NCBI GenBank assembly: GCA_051294375.1
Contig: CM119265.1
Location: 23,838,669 to 23,902,668, forward strand
Direction: 5' to 3'
Origin: Paraspadella gotoi
Lineage: Eukaryota > Animalia > Chaetognatha
DNA: 64,000 nt
In this document: piece by piece, positions 1 to 12,017 of the stretch
How positions within the stretch are numbered: the stretch's first letter is position 1
Layout of the letters: each line of letters opens with the position of its first letter
Program-made: the position numbers and the translations under genes
Notes under the pieces: model-generated
The model's input: the letters and a program-made list of their open reading frames with translations, nothing else
The model's database searches: none
What the model was told of the DNA's origin: nothing

Positions 1-127
1 GATGGCAGAAGCGGAGGAAATCAAGGAGGTTATTCAAGTGACTACGGTTCACCAGAAGGTTGAGTCTGAAAGAGAAGAAGAAGAAATGATGGCCACCGCG
101 ACTAAAGACCTCTGCCTTCTCCAATAA
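1..127 (+). CDS. Probable 3' end of an upstream gene (truncated by window edge)
   Basis: GC-richer, coding-like segment followed by AT-rich 3'UTR-like sequence. Frame 1 reads DGRSGGNQGGYSSDYGSPEG* (stop 61-63); frame 2 is open to TAA at 125-127. The true frame cannot be decided. Confidence 0.3.
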   Translation, partial: MAEAEEIKEVIQVTTVHQKVESEREEEEMMATATKDLCLLQ

Positions 128-1865
128 CCTATTTTCTTATTATAAATTAATTTATTATGATCCTCAGATGATTAGGCTTTATTTAACTTTCATTTACCAA
201 GCAAACCGTTTCAAAGTAATTTTAAGATTAGAGTAGGTCACTCTTATAGTTCTTATGGTTATGCCAAGTGCCATCTTCAACTTATTGATATTTGCCTGAT
301 AATCATCATTGCTATAGTTTAGAACTCTCTCTTGATCGTATTTATCTGTACTTTTTTTAAAAGACTACGATGAATGAATAATCAAAATCCTCACATTCAC
401 TGAAAAAAGAACATAATTAGTACGTTTAATATTGTTTGAGAAATTGATATTGCTAATTAAAATACTTCATTTACACAAGAAAAAAAATTTAGCAGATTAT
501 TTTTATCTTCGACTTGAAAAAAGATGATATTTTTATACAATTATTTTTATTTCTGGTATCTTACTCAGAATGAATAACATTCTATTTCCCATATATCTTT
601 TCTTAATTTAATAGGAAATTAATTTTTTTAAATATCCAATTGCATATTCATCGTGAATTAAACAAAAAGTATAGTTTGGGTCAAGAGGTATTATTAGGTT
701 GCGGCAATGATTCTCTACACTTGTTAAGATTACGATTTGGTTGCAATATTATGTCAATCTTCAATGACACACTTGATTATATGAAACGTTGATCTTAATT
801 CACTTCATCTTGTTAGATCTCAATTCTTAGGTTTAGTATTTCTGCCATTAAATTCATTATCATATTTTTATCTTCACCGTTCAAAAGCCATCACGGATTT
901 ATCTCCCTTTTTACAGTTTATAGAATGTTGAACCTAGTCATCAAATACATCTTATTATAAGACGGGTCCTGCATTGATAAGAAACTAAATCAGCTAATAT
1001 ATTATGAATTTTTGCCATTATGAGATTTAACACTAAACGCTATAACTATATTCTAGATTTCTCAAATTTTCGGTAAAAATTCTTGCAATATTTGGACTAT
1101 ATGAACTCAATCCTGCTTAACTTAACATTTGGCCTACCCGTGTTATAGTGCATTGTTATTTGTCTGTTAATTACCCTTAGTGAAGTTCTACGTTGTGATT
1201 GTGATTAGTGAGTTTTAAAGTGGTTTATTTTTATCGATTCATCTTCAATTTCATGTTTTCGGACCCCAGTATCCAAAGTGCTGTTTTCTTGCTAAATTTT
1301 ATCATTCAACGAGGAAGTGATATATCCATCATGAATTTCAGAGTCGTATTCATACAGAGCGGGAGTGTTACATTGTCTATATTACTCATTTCACATTCCG
1401 TTAATCTCAAGTCACGTTATAATGATAATTAACTGAACAAGCATTTTTGGATTATCAGCTCGACATATTTTTTTCTTGAATATATTTTAATTAGGTTAGA
1501 CATCTCTATATGGCTAGCTCCTAACAAAAATATTTTTGATTTTAAATCCAACTAAATTTGCTTTTTCCCTATAAATATAAAACAAAACGATTGAGTCAAA
1601 ACCAAAACCAATAAAAAAACAGCACAGCTCGAAACAAAATATTATTCGACACAAATTCAAACCAATATTTGTAAAGATTTTCTGGAGATACTGAATATCA
1701 TCTTATGCGCATCTTATCTTAGGAAATAACCTAAAATTCGATGTTAAAAAAATTCGAAAATTGTTGACTTGAAAATAAGCCTTCAACCAAAAGTATGACA
1801 AAACTTGTTTGTGTGATCATTCCCGCTCCAAAAGACGTTCCCCCACCTCCCGGCGGAAAGAAGGG

Positions 1866-4221
1866 TCACATGCAGGCGGAATCAGTCCGCTTCCGCGCCG
1901 CCGCGGCGGGAGCCAGCAGCGTCGCGTCCTCCACGACGGAGAGGTCGAGTTTCTTGGGTTGCTCCCAGCTGAAAGCTTCGCGACCGAAGTGACCGTAGCA
2001 GCTAGTTTGCTGATAAATCGGCATCTTGAGATTCAGTTCGCTCACGATTTTTCCGGGACGAAGGTCGAAGTTGTGACGAACGACCTGCCAATGGCAGAGA
2101 AATTAATTATTTTTTATACAGAGTATACATACTAAAAATCTCGAGCAGCACCTTGAGAAGATCCGAGTCGGAGATTTTCGAGGTTCCGTGCGAAAAGATG
2201 GTTATGTTAAGCGGCTCCGCGATGCCGATGGCGTAGGAGAGTTGAACCAAGACTCTCTTGACGAGACCAGCCATGACCAGGGATTTAGCCACCCATCTTG
2301 CGGCATAAGCGGCCGACCGGTCAACCTTGGTGTAATCCTTGCCGGAGAAGGCGCCACCGCCGTGCCCGCCCCATCCGCCGTACGTGTCCACGATGATCTT
2401 CTTTCCCGTTAATCCCGTGGAACTAGTCGGACCGCCGATTACGAATCTGTGTTTTGATAACCGTTTCTGCTTATTCAATAGTCGGTACTCTTTATACATT
2501 ATGTAATTATGTATATTTTCTACTATAGGTACGTATTATTACTGGTCGCAAAAAGAAAAACGAAAACAAACCTTCCGCTTGGCTGGAGAAAAAACCTTGT
2601 CTTCTCATCGAGATATTCCTCGGGGATAACCTCCTTGACGACATGTTCCATGAGGTGTTCTCTCATGGTGCTCAATTCTATACCTTCCTCGTGTTGGGCA
2701 GAAACGACGACGGAATGAACGCGAATGGGCGAAAGAGAACCGTCTTCGTAGTCGTACTCGCAAGTGACCTGAAGACAGCGAACAGAGTTTAACTTCTGCG
2801 CGCTAAGTAGCTTTAAAAACTCCACTGTTTAACCTGAGCTTTCGAATCAGGGCGCAACCAGGGCAGGGCTCCGGAATATCTCAGCTCCGCCAATTTTTGA
2901 TTCAGTCTGGATTGGGAGAAGAAGTAATATACAAAATGTAGTAAATGCACATGGTACCGTTCCCTGACAGAATGATGGTTGACCAAAGCAAATCACCTGT
3001 GAGCCAGAACGATGGTCAGCGGCATGCACTCGTCCGTCTCGTCGGTGGCGTAACCGAACATGAGGCCTTGGTCGCCGGCGCCAACGTCCTCTTCGCTGCG
3101 TCGCTCGTGCACGCCTGTGATAAAAGGGACGAAATGTCATTTTTGGCATAAATTTTTTTTGGGGGAAAATCATGCACATCTATGGCTTATTGATTTATCT
3201 ACAACTGATTGTTGTTAATTTTAAAATAATTTTCATGCATGCATTTTAGTGGAGGAAATGAAGTCACGTTAAAAATATGGTTTCCCGGGAATGCAAATTA
3301 TTTTTGATTTTTTTTTCCATAATGAAAAATTTACGTATACAGTTCGATTGAAGCGTTGTATTACAGGTTACTAAACTTCAATCTAAAACCCAATTGGTAA
3401 AAACACGACGACGACTTACCGTCGAAAGTTTACAGCCGAAGCGGAAGAACAACGATCGGAGGGTGAGGAGTACGTAACCAATCACACCTCCAATCGCAAT
3501 TCTATTTTTTCGAAGGGGTTAGTGAATTTTTTATTCGACACGACACAAATCGATCACAAAAACGAGTGACTCGCTCACGGAAGGCGGACGGAAACGGCAA
3601 AAGGGACCTTGAGCGATGTCGGGGCTCTGATGGTCGATGGCAACGAGGACGTTGCAGGTGGTTGCGTCGAACCCTACGCTCGAATGATTGTATCCAACAG
3701 CACGAATAACGTCGCGTATAACCTGAAATTAAAAGAATCCAATTGAAAATGCATAATAAAATTACAAAGGATTGATTTTATAACACTGGTCACGCAACTT
3801 TAAAAAAAATTAAAATTGGGTAAAGACCTTTTTAGCCCCCATCACTTGCCTTTTGGTGATCCACTGCGGCCGTCGACGTGATTTCCCCGAAAATCATAAC
3901 CATCCCGGTTTTGATGCAAGTTTCGCACGCGACTTTCGCGTCGGGATCCACGCGCAGGTGAGCGTCGAGGATCGCATCCGAAATCTGTTGTCAAAAATGA
4001 CGATTTATCCCTCATAAAAATCCACTTCAGATAGAGACCAGATTTTTATTTTTCCTTCTTACTTGATCGCATAGTTTGTCCGGGTGTCCTTCGCCCACGG
4101 ATTCGGAAGTGAAGAGAAAGGCCGTGGGACTGGAGAGACCGGCAGGAGACGCCGAGGAGCCGATTACCGGCGACGAGGATTCCGCTTTTTTTTTCCCGGC
4201 CTCAGCTTCGCCCGTCCTCAT
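1866..4221 (-). CDS. MAT: S-adenosylmethionine synthetase (methionine adenosyltransferase), 8 exons
   Basis: Motifs [83 protein letters not shown]. Exons read from sequence: 4221-4063, 3984-3850 (GC donor), 3722-3608, 3114-2997, 2906-2834, 2768-2572, 2446-2152, 2084-1866; frames join without stops. Confidence 0.97.
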
Positions 4222-4511
4222 TTTGTGCCAGCGATTTAGCGGGTAAAAAAAAATGTCAAAAATTCAAAAAAGTCAAAGGCGGTCTTTTCGCCGCGAGTAG
4301 CCTAGGAGTTAAAAGTGGAGATTGTAGCATAGTGACGCAAAAACCGCTAACTACATAATATTCGTTGAACGAAAGGGGACGACGGGCAAAATTGCTGGAT
4401 GGCTTTCGCGATAGTTATTTTTTGTTAATTCCACTTTCACAGTGGAAAACAAGTACAGAAGAATAATCGAAACTATTTAAACTAATAAAAACTGTTTGTA
4501 TAGAATCGTTT

Positions 4512-6455
4512 TCAAAAAAAGAGTCCTCTCATCCTCCGTCCCATTCCCTGTCGATCATAAAGGGTGTTGAATTTGTTGACGAACTGGTTGATGGTGTTGC
4601 AACCCTTGGTGATAGATCCAAGGTAAGCCATTAGGGCGACATCGTTGCATTGGATGGCAAAGTCCGATTCGAATTGCGGGTTGTCCATGAGGGGCAGGCG
4701 ATGGACGAGACTCTTGATGTCGCGCAAAATTTCGTGATTCCCAACGAGAGTTCCTTAAGAAAGAAGCATTAACTAAATCGAGATCTAATGATAATTTGGA
4801 AACCGTTCTTCCCACTTCTTCTTTACCTTCGTCAACGGCCTTGACGTAGTCCATTATGAGTTTGACGCGACTGTGCAACATCTTGATGGCGCTGTACTGA
4901 GCGGTGAGGTGGTCAGCGACGACCGAGGGGCCAACGTTCTTGGCATCTGTCCCGCCGTCCGTCGAACTCGAGCTGACCGTCGAGACTCGGGCAACGTGAT
5001 CGACGCCGATTCGCTCCGAGTCTTCCGTCGCGAGGGTGAAGGGAATTTCCACGAAGAGCATCGTCGCCTTGACAACGGAATAAATAACTATTGAAGGAGA
5101 GAGGAAAAATATAAATATATTTCGCGGAGAGAGTAGAAACGAGACTAACGAAAGACCATGTAAAAATATGTATATATATACGGATGAGCATGATGATAAA
5201 AAGAGGAAGGGGAGAACGGGACCGCAGGCTCAATTCTCTGATAACGAAGTTAATATGTATGTCACGCCGGTCATGACAAGACACGACCGTGGCCGTGGGA
5301 TTCGACGACGAGATGATATCTGGCTGCTGCCTCTCCCGTTATCCGCGAAAAAAAATATATCGAATGTGAAGATAGAAGATATCGCGATTATTTTTAACGT
5401 TAGAAACGTCCACAGAGAGAGAAATTGTGCCTCTCGAAAACCCGCGGACGTTAAACGCTTTTAACACAGCGTTGGTGGTTTAATTTTAATCTCGTTTTAA
5501 AATCATTTTAATCTCACGTTTTTAACTTTTTAACGTCGAAATTAACTCATTAATTTCATCTATCGTTCTTCGTCGCCAATTTGTTGAAAATAAACTTACC
5601 AACCGTTCCAAAATCCTAACGTCCTTTGATAAAGACTAAAGTCAGCCGATGAAAAGGTACAACGAATCGAGAGAGGCACGAACAATGTATCTCCCCGCGT
5701 CCTCACCCAATGCCCTCCCAATTTTTTTTCTTAAGTCCTCACCTTTCCCTCGACGATGTCGATGACCGACTCAAAAACGGTAATGGGAAGGTCCGTGTGT
5801 TTGGAGGCGGGATTGAGTTTGAGAAAGATGGGACTCTCGTTGATATCACAGATTTGCTTGTGGACAGCAATATCGGACTCGTTGGGGGCTCCACCGGTAG
5901 AATACCAACCGAGAAAATCGAGGTCTTGGAACACCTTAATTGAGAAATCGGGTTTTAAAAACAAGCTTTTTAAGTTTCCTTCCCTCGCAACTTTTAACAA
6001 CTTCTAAAGGACCAGTCTGTAATTAAACCGTTCTACTCGCCTGTTTAAACTGTTCCTCGCGGACAGTGTAAAAATCCCTGTCGATGATGAGACAGTCGTT
6101 GATGCGGTCGAATTTGAGTTCGAAAGTGTTGAAGATTTCGATGCTGCGTCCCTTTTGTTTTCCGATTAACGCGCCGATAACCTGCATCGGTTTTCCCTCC
6201 TGCGCTCGTTGTCGCGTCCAATGTTCAGAAACGTTCATTATGACAAGAGGATGAATGGCCACACTGACGCTTCCCTGTGAAGAAAATCCGTTAAAACTTA
6301 AAGCAATGAAATAAATCACACGCTGCTGATCGGTCGCAATCCAGAAGACTCACTTGAGCTCCCACCGCTCCAGCTGGCGCCATGACGCTGGATTCTCCGT
6401 TCGTTCCGTTAGTCATATTCTGAGAGGTAGAGGCGCCCGCGGTATCAACTTCCAT
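4512..6455 (-). CDS. COPS6: COP9 signalosome subunit 6 (MPN- domain)
   Basis: [54 protein letters not shown]-terminus [11 protein letters not shown]. Exons 6455-6354, 6274-6041 (GC donor), 5934-5743, 5067-4827, 4753-4512. Confidence 0.95.
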
Positions 6456-6537
6456 CTCAAGAGTTTTACAGTCTTTTTTAAAGTTCTTCTGCAAAATTAA
6501 AAAAAAAAAAATTCGTAACAAACAAACTAAATTCTCG

Positions 6538-7454
6538 TCACAAAACGTCCCAAGCCTCTTCAAAGGCGCAACACAACTTGGCGCAAGTCAAAGCCGCCGA
6601 AAGAGGATATCCAGAAACGGCGACGTCTTCCTCGGTGTAGTCGAGATTAAGGGAACCGTGCGCCATGGCGCCGACGACGATGAGGATCGGCGTCGAGTCG
6701 CCGGACTCGGCCGATTTGGCTGGAACCAGTTCCTTGGCGTTGACGCAGCGATCAGCTTTGAAGGAGGTGCAGATCTTGCGACACCCGGCGGGAAGGTGGT
6801 CCGTCAACGGGTTCTTGATCACCTTGAGCAACTTCTGCGGTCCGTCAGAGGCGTGGATGGACAACTTGTGAAGGAGTTGAACCATGAGTCCGCAAAATCG
6901 ATCGAATGTGCGGGGAATGCGAGTTTGCGGGTGAACCTCGATGAGGACGTTCTTAGCTGATTAGAAAATTAAAAACTCTTGTGAATTAAACTCAGAACAC
7001 AATGCCTTTTTTTAGACCAAGAATCTCAAATTATCAACATCAAATAATCTTCGAAATAAACAATCAGTAAAAGCCACATTTCAAAAATAAAAATCCACCG
7101 AACCAATAGGACATATTCTAAAATTTAGAAACCTGTGTGAATGTAGACTTGCAATAACCCGGCGCGATTTAACGGACTGTCCAGCAACATAAGAAGGCAT
7201 TGGTGAGTGATATCTGGCCGAAAAACAGTTGGGTCCTTCCCGTTTTTCCGCAAAAAGGTTCCGTGCTTGTCGGCGGAAAGTAATTCGAAGAGTTTCCCAA
7301 CGCGCCCAGTTTCCAGTTGAGCGTTCTCGAGGACGACGATGAGTCTTTTCGCTCCGGGCGTCTTCATCATTTTTTTGGGCGCGGGAGGTTCTGCCGCCGA
7401 GTCAGCTTGACAGTCTTTTTCATCACTCGAAATGTTCTTCCGTTTCTTTCCCAT
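6538..7454 (-). CDS. EMG1: EMG1/NEP1 18S rRNA pseudouridine N1-methyltransferase (SPOUT), 2 exons
   Basis: [82 protein letters not shown]. Exons 7454-7133 and 6956-6538. Confidence 0.96.
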
Positions 7455-7580
7455 TGTTTATTATTTACTATCAGAACTATATAATAAAAATAAGAATACG
7501 CTTTTTAAATAGTCCCAAAATCTCATTAATTTTTAACAACTCAACTACTGACTAGAATATAACCGACTGGAAAAATTAAA

Positions 7581-10500
7581 CTAATTCGAAGCGGAATAAT
7601 TATTTTTTTCGGCTTTCTTCTCCCTCAGCCAAGTTTGTATCTTTTCTTTAAGTTCAGTGTGAGGAATAAGCTGCTCCATCGCGAGAGGCTCTCGATTAAA
7701 TGGATCCGTCTGAGAGGAAAGAACGTGTCGAGCGATCGTCGGTCGATCCACCACCTGGAATAAAATAGTCATAGTACAAATTATAATAATAAGATTTAAA
7801 ACAAATTAAAAATCCTAGTTTCTACCAAACCTGTCTGCTCGACGGCAAAATAACGGGATCCTTCATGAGCGTGAACATCATGGCGTCGAGGAACTCCTCG
7901 GGGGCGTCCTCCGTCGAAACCTCCTCTTCCACCTCGGCACCGAGTGCTTTGATCTTCGACGCCAGACTCTCCACCTCAGCCAGCATGGCGCCGCGACCGG
8001 TTCGAGCCAAGACTTCCTGAAGGCGATCGAAGAGCTCCGGACGGAAGGAGCGACCGTCTTGCGTCACCTTGAAGTAACAAAAATATAATTAAAATCATAT
8101 TTTTTTTATTTAAATTAACTAATAACTACCCCACATTTTTTTTTACCTTTCGGCAAAACTCGTCGTCGTCCTGCAGGTTGACATAGATTTGCGAAATGAC
8201 CGCGACTAGAGCGGCGGGATCGAACTCCACCTTCTCAAAGTCGGTCACTTTCAACTCTTTCCTCGACGGACCGCAAAGTTGGAAAAGGAAATAGTTGAGC
8301 ATGGAGGCGATACGCTCAACCATGATGGGGTGGACGAAGATGGCCACGATCTTGGAGGTGAGCAAGGAAAGGACTTCGATGGTTTCCTTGCCCATGATGT
8401 TGTAGTATCTGGAATGCTTGAGAAGAGTCGCCAATTGATTTTCCTTTTCCCTGCGATCCGCTTCGGACAACGACTGCCAATCGCCGCGGATCTTTTCCCG
8501 CTCCTTTTCCCTGATTTCCTTCATCATTCTAAGAGCCTCGTCCAGGAGATAAACGGCGTCGTTGCAGAGATAATTGATGAATTTCAGAAAGAGCGGAGGA
8601 TCTGCATGTGCGAAAAGAGGAGGCATTTTATCGACAAATATTAATCAAAGTCGCTACCTATCATTACTCACCCGTGTTCTCTATCCGCTCCACGGCGATG
8701 CGCGCCAGCTCCACTAGCCTTTCGTTCTGGAACGGGAGTGACCAGAGATGTTTCAGAATTTTGTACATGGGTCGGCGGTAGTTGTAGATCATGTACTCGT
8801 CGACCGACTCCCCGGTCATTTCGATGCTAACGAAGACGCGGAGAAGAACGGGAGCGATTTGACGACGATGGGGATGAGCGGTGAAGAGTTCCGAGGAGAC
8901 AGAGGTGGAGAATAGGGCTAAGGATTTCAAATTTGGAAGTCGAGTTAAAAAGTAAACTAATCTTATTAGGAATGCGTACTTATTTTTATTAATGATAGAT
9001 GAAATAAACACACCTCCGATGTGACCATCCTCCGTCGGGACCATCGTCTCCAACACTTCCGCCAACTGTGCCTTTAAATGGGGGTTTTTCATCCTCGTCT
9101 TGTCGCCCATAAAGATGACGACGAAGGTCATGAGCTCCTCGACGGTGGGGCCCATTGAAGCGAAGGCTGATGCGTTGAAGCGGTGGGTGAAAAGAACGAA
9201 CTCCACAACATTATTGACGAGCGTCTCGGGCACGTGGCGCAGCGGCGTGATCGCCGATGCATCCAGCGGCGGTAGAGGTACCTCGACGTCGACGAAAGTC
9301 GTCGGGAGCGCATCGTCGTTCATTGCGATGGCCAACTGGTCGAGCCACTTGAGAGTAGCACCGATCAGGTCATCGGAACCTTTGACCACGCCCGGTTCAA
9401 GCAGCGTCGTCTTGATCGCGAGATAGCGCGACATGTGCCTCTCGAGGCGTTCTTTGATTTCAGGGACGGCGTCGGGACCGCCACCAGCGATGCTGTCTCG
9501 ATAGGCCGTCTGCAGTTGATGCATGTCTTGGTTGAGTTGAAGGAAGGTTTTGCTGAGGCAAGAAAAGCCCAGATTGTAGCACGAATGGGCGAGAAAGAAG
9601 AGGCGAGTGGTAAGGCCGAATACGGGGAGCGAGTCGGGGGGCGAAGAGGCTTCGGCGTCAGGGAGAAGCTTCGTCTCTTTCTCCAGCTCAGGAACGTCGG
9701 GGCCGTCGAGGGCGGAATTGGTCGACGACTTCGGCGTTGATGCGTAGCGAGGATCTATCTTTAATAGTTTGGTGTTAGAAACGCCGCTGAAGTAGTGGGA
9801 ATGACAAATTAGGGGCGAAGGGCAGAAAGAGAAAGGCCAAAAAAAAAGAGATTCTCTTACCAGAAAGGTTTGACCATCATGAGTAAAATCGCCGTCAGAT
9901 TCATGAAAAACCCATCGCTAGCGTAGATTAGGTCATTGGGAACGACGTTTTGCAACTGGGAACCGAGTTGGGCGCGGCCGCTGTTCGAACCCACCACGGC
10001 GCCGATCCATCCCAAGAGCGCGTTGGTAGCTTCCGGGGAGCGGAGACGAAGAATCTGCGAATAAAAAAATAAAAGAAAAGAATAAGCCTGTGGCAGCACG
10101 ACTTAAAGCAATGGGGCAAAAGGCTACCCGGCTTTTGCCATAAGTGGGGAAGTGAGGCGGTTTAAATATACCGCGACAGGACGGCCCATCAATAATTCAT
10201 ATGACCCGACATTTTCATAAACTGATATACATAGTACATACCCGATGAAAAAAATCGTGAACGAGGCATCGCAGAGTTGCGAGCGGCACCCAGAGGTTGG
10301 ATTGAATGATGTCGATTTCTTGCTGGCTCTTGCGAGAAGGAGACTGAAAAAATAACGAAGCAAAATAATGAAATTAAGGAAACAAAATTAGAAATAACAT
10401 TAAAACAAATAGAAACAGACAATTTTTAAAACGAAAGCAGGAAATTTAGACCTCGAAAAAATCGTTGGCGTTGTCGTTTCCGCTCCTGACAATCGGACTC

Positions 10501-11945
10501 TGCGAGAGAATTCTTCCGAGAAGAGAATCTTCGAAGGCGCGACCGGACACACGCGAGCGTGACGCCGCCGCCAAGAAGAGGAGCGGCGTCGGCGCCCGTT
10601 TCGGCGTGCAAAGACCGAAGAATATCTGCAGAGAGAAATGATTAATGTTGCATAACACCCATTGGATTTCAAACCAATTAAAACTCAGATCATCGAACTT
10701 TAACAATCTCCTTTGATGAAGCGAAAAACTGCAAAGACTTGGCGATGACGACTTGATGCGGGGATCCTAACGCCATAATCTGCGTCTCTGATTGAAGGTG
10801 GTGATAAAAGACCTCAATGATTTCGGAGAGACCGCGTCCCTCTTCACCGCTGTCGTACTCGTCCGCTGAATGATGATAACAATTGTTTTCAATGAAGATT
10901 CAAAGTTAAACAATGTATTTCAGATTAACATTGAAAATAACACCCAACTCAAACTCCAATCATTACCAATCATTACCCAAAGCGCTTCTGAAAAAGTCCA
11001 AGCCAACTTCAAAATCCTCTCCGTCACTCTTCGCCGCCTCGAAGCACAAGTCGCAGAATTGCTTTGAAGTGTTTTGGTCGAAAATGTCGGGGGTTTGGAG
11101 AGCGGTCCGCACGTTGGAGAAGATGACGCGGCGACAGTCGGCGACGTCGTCGGGAGAGAGAGAAGTTTGACGCAGTCGTCGCGCGCAACCGAAGAGATAA
11201 CAGATGACTAGAGGTTCGTGGACGGAGGAGTCGATGAAGCCGTCGGGAACGCGAATCGTCGACGTCAGAAGCTCTTCCTCCGTCGCCATGAGGCGCTCGA
11301 ACACAACTGTCGACAAATTGCCAGTTTCCAGCCAGGATCCGTGAACAACACCGTCGACGGCGAAGAGACACTCGGGTCGAACGCGGTGGGCGCGAGGCGC
11401 AACCAGCACGTCCTCGGTGTCGAAGGTAGAGACGGTGACGAGGAAAATCCTTTCCAAGGCCAAATGTCGGGCGACGACATCCTGAGCAGCGTTGGTGGAG
11501 AAGGTGGGCTCGATCGATGAAGTGGCCTCCTTCGTATCGGAGCAAAAGCGTTTTGGACTCTGCTTCCGATTTGTTTCTTGAGTGGATCTGAAGATGCATA
11601 GAAATAAAAATTTGAAGAGACAGTAATTATTGTTATATGTTAATGACAGAACCGTTCAATGTAAGCAGTCCCTGAGCTTCGGATCAGGCTATAACACCGT
11701 GTTACAGGCGGGTTAAGCGCCCCGGACCTTTGGGTTGGGAGGCGAATGACTTGCCTCCGGCACCAATGGCCGCTGATGAACGGTTGGTGGATTTTAGTCC
11801 ACCATAAATTGTTAATTTAAAATTATGTATATATATATATTGTTTAATAAACAATGTTTATCCACGTACACTCGAATTTGACTAACCTCGGACAGGGCGA
11901 GTCTGAAAAAAGGGCGGCGAACGGATTCCCTGATCCTTCGTCCAT
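7581..11945 (-). CDS. UBE4A: Ubiquitin conjugation factor E4 A (Ufd2 core plus U-box), multi-exon
   Basis: N-terminus [13 protein letters not shown] (UBE4A-type NPFAALF), [54 protein letters not shown]-box [23 protein letters not shown]...[23 protein letters not shown]. Exons checked join in frame. Confidence 0.93.
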
Positions 11946-12017
11946 TGTCCAGAGTATTTACTATATCTCTTTTTAAGTTTTTAGTTTCTAAAAAACCTGA
12001 CGAAACAAATTGCTTAT

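Noticed and set aside
1866-4221. METTL16 UACAGAGAA hairpin in MAT
   Set aside because: I did not find the motif on the MAT sense strand in the gene or proximal 3'UTR.
10657-10866. Suspected frameshift in UBE4A
   Set aside because: On re-reading, the exon is in frame (…[26 protein letters not shown]).
11773-11805. CTGATGA followed by a hairpin, as a hammerhead or C/D snoRNA
   Set aside because: No GAAA after the stem and no canonical C box; it is also antisense to the host intron.
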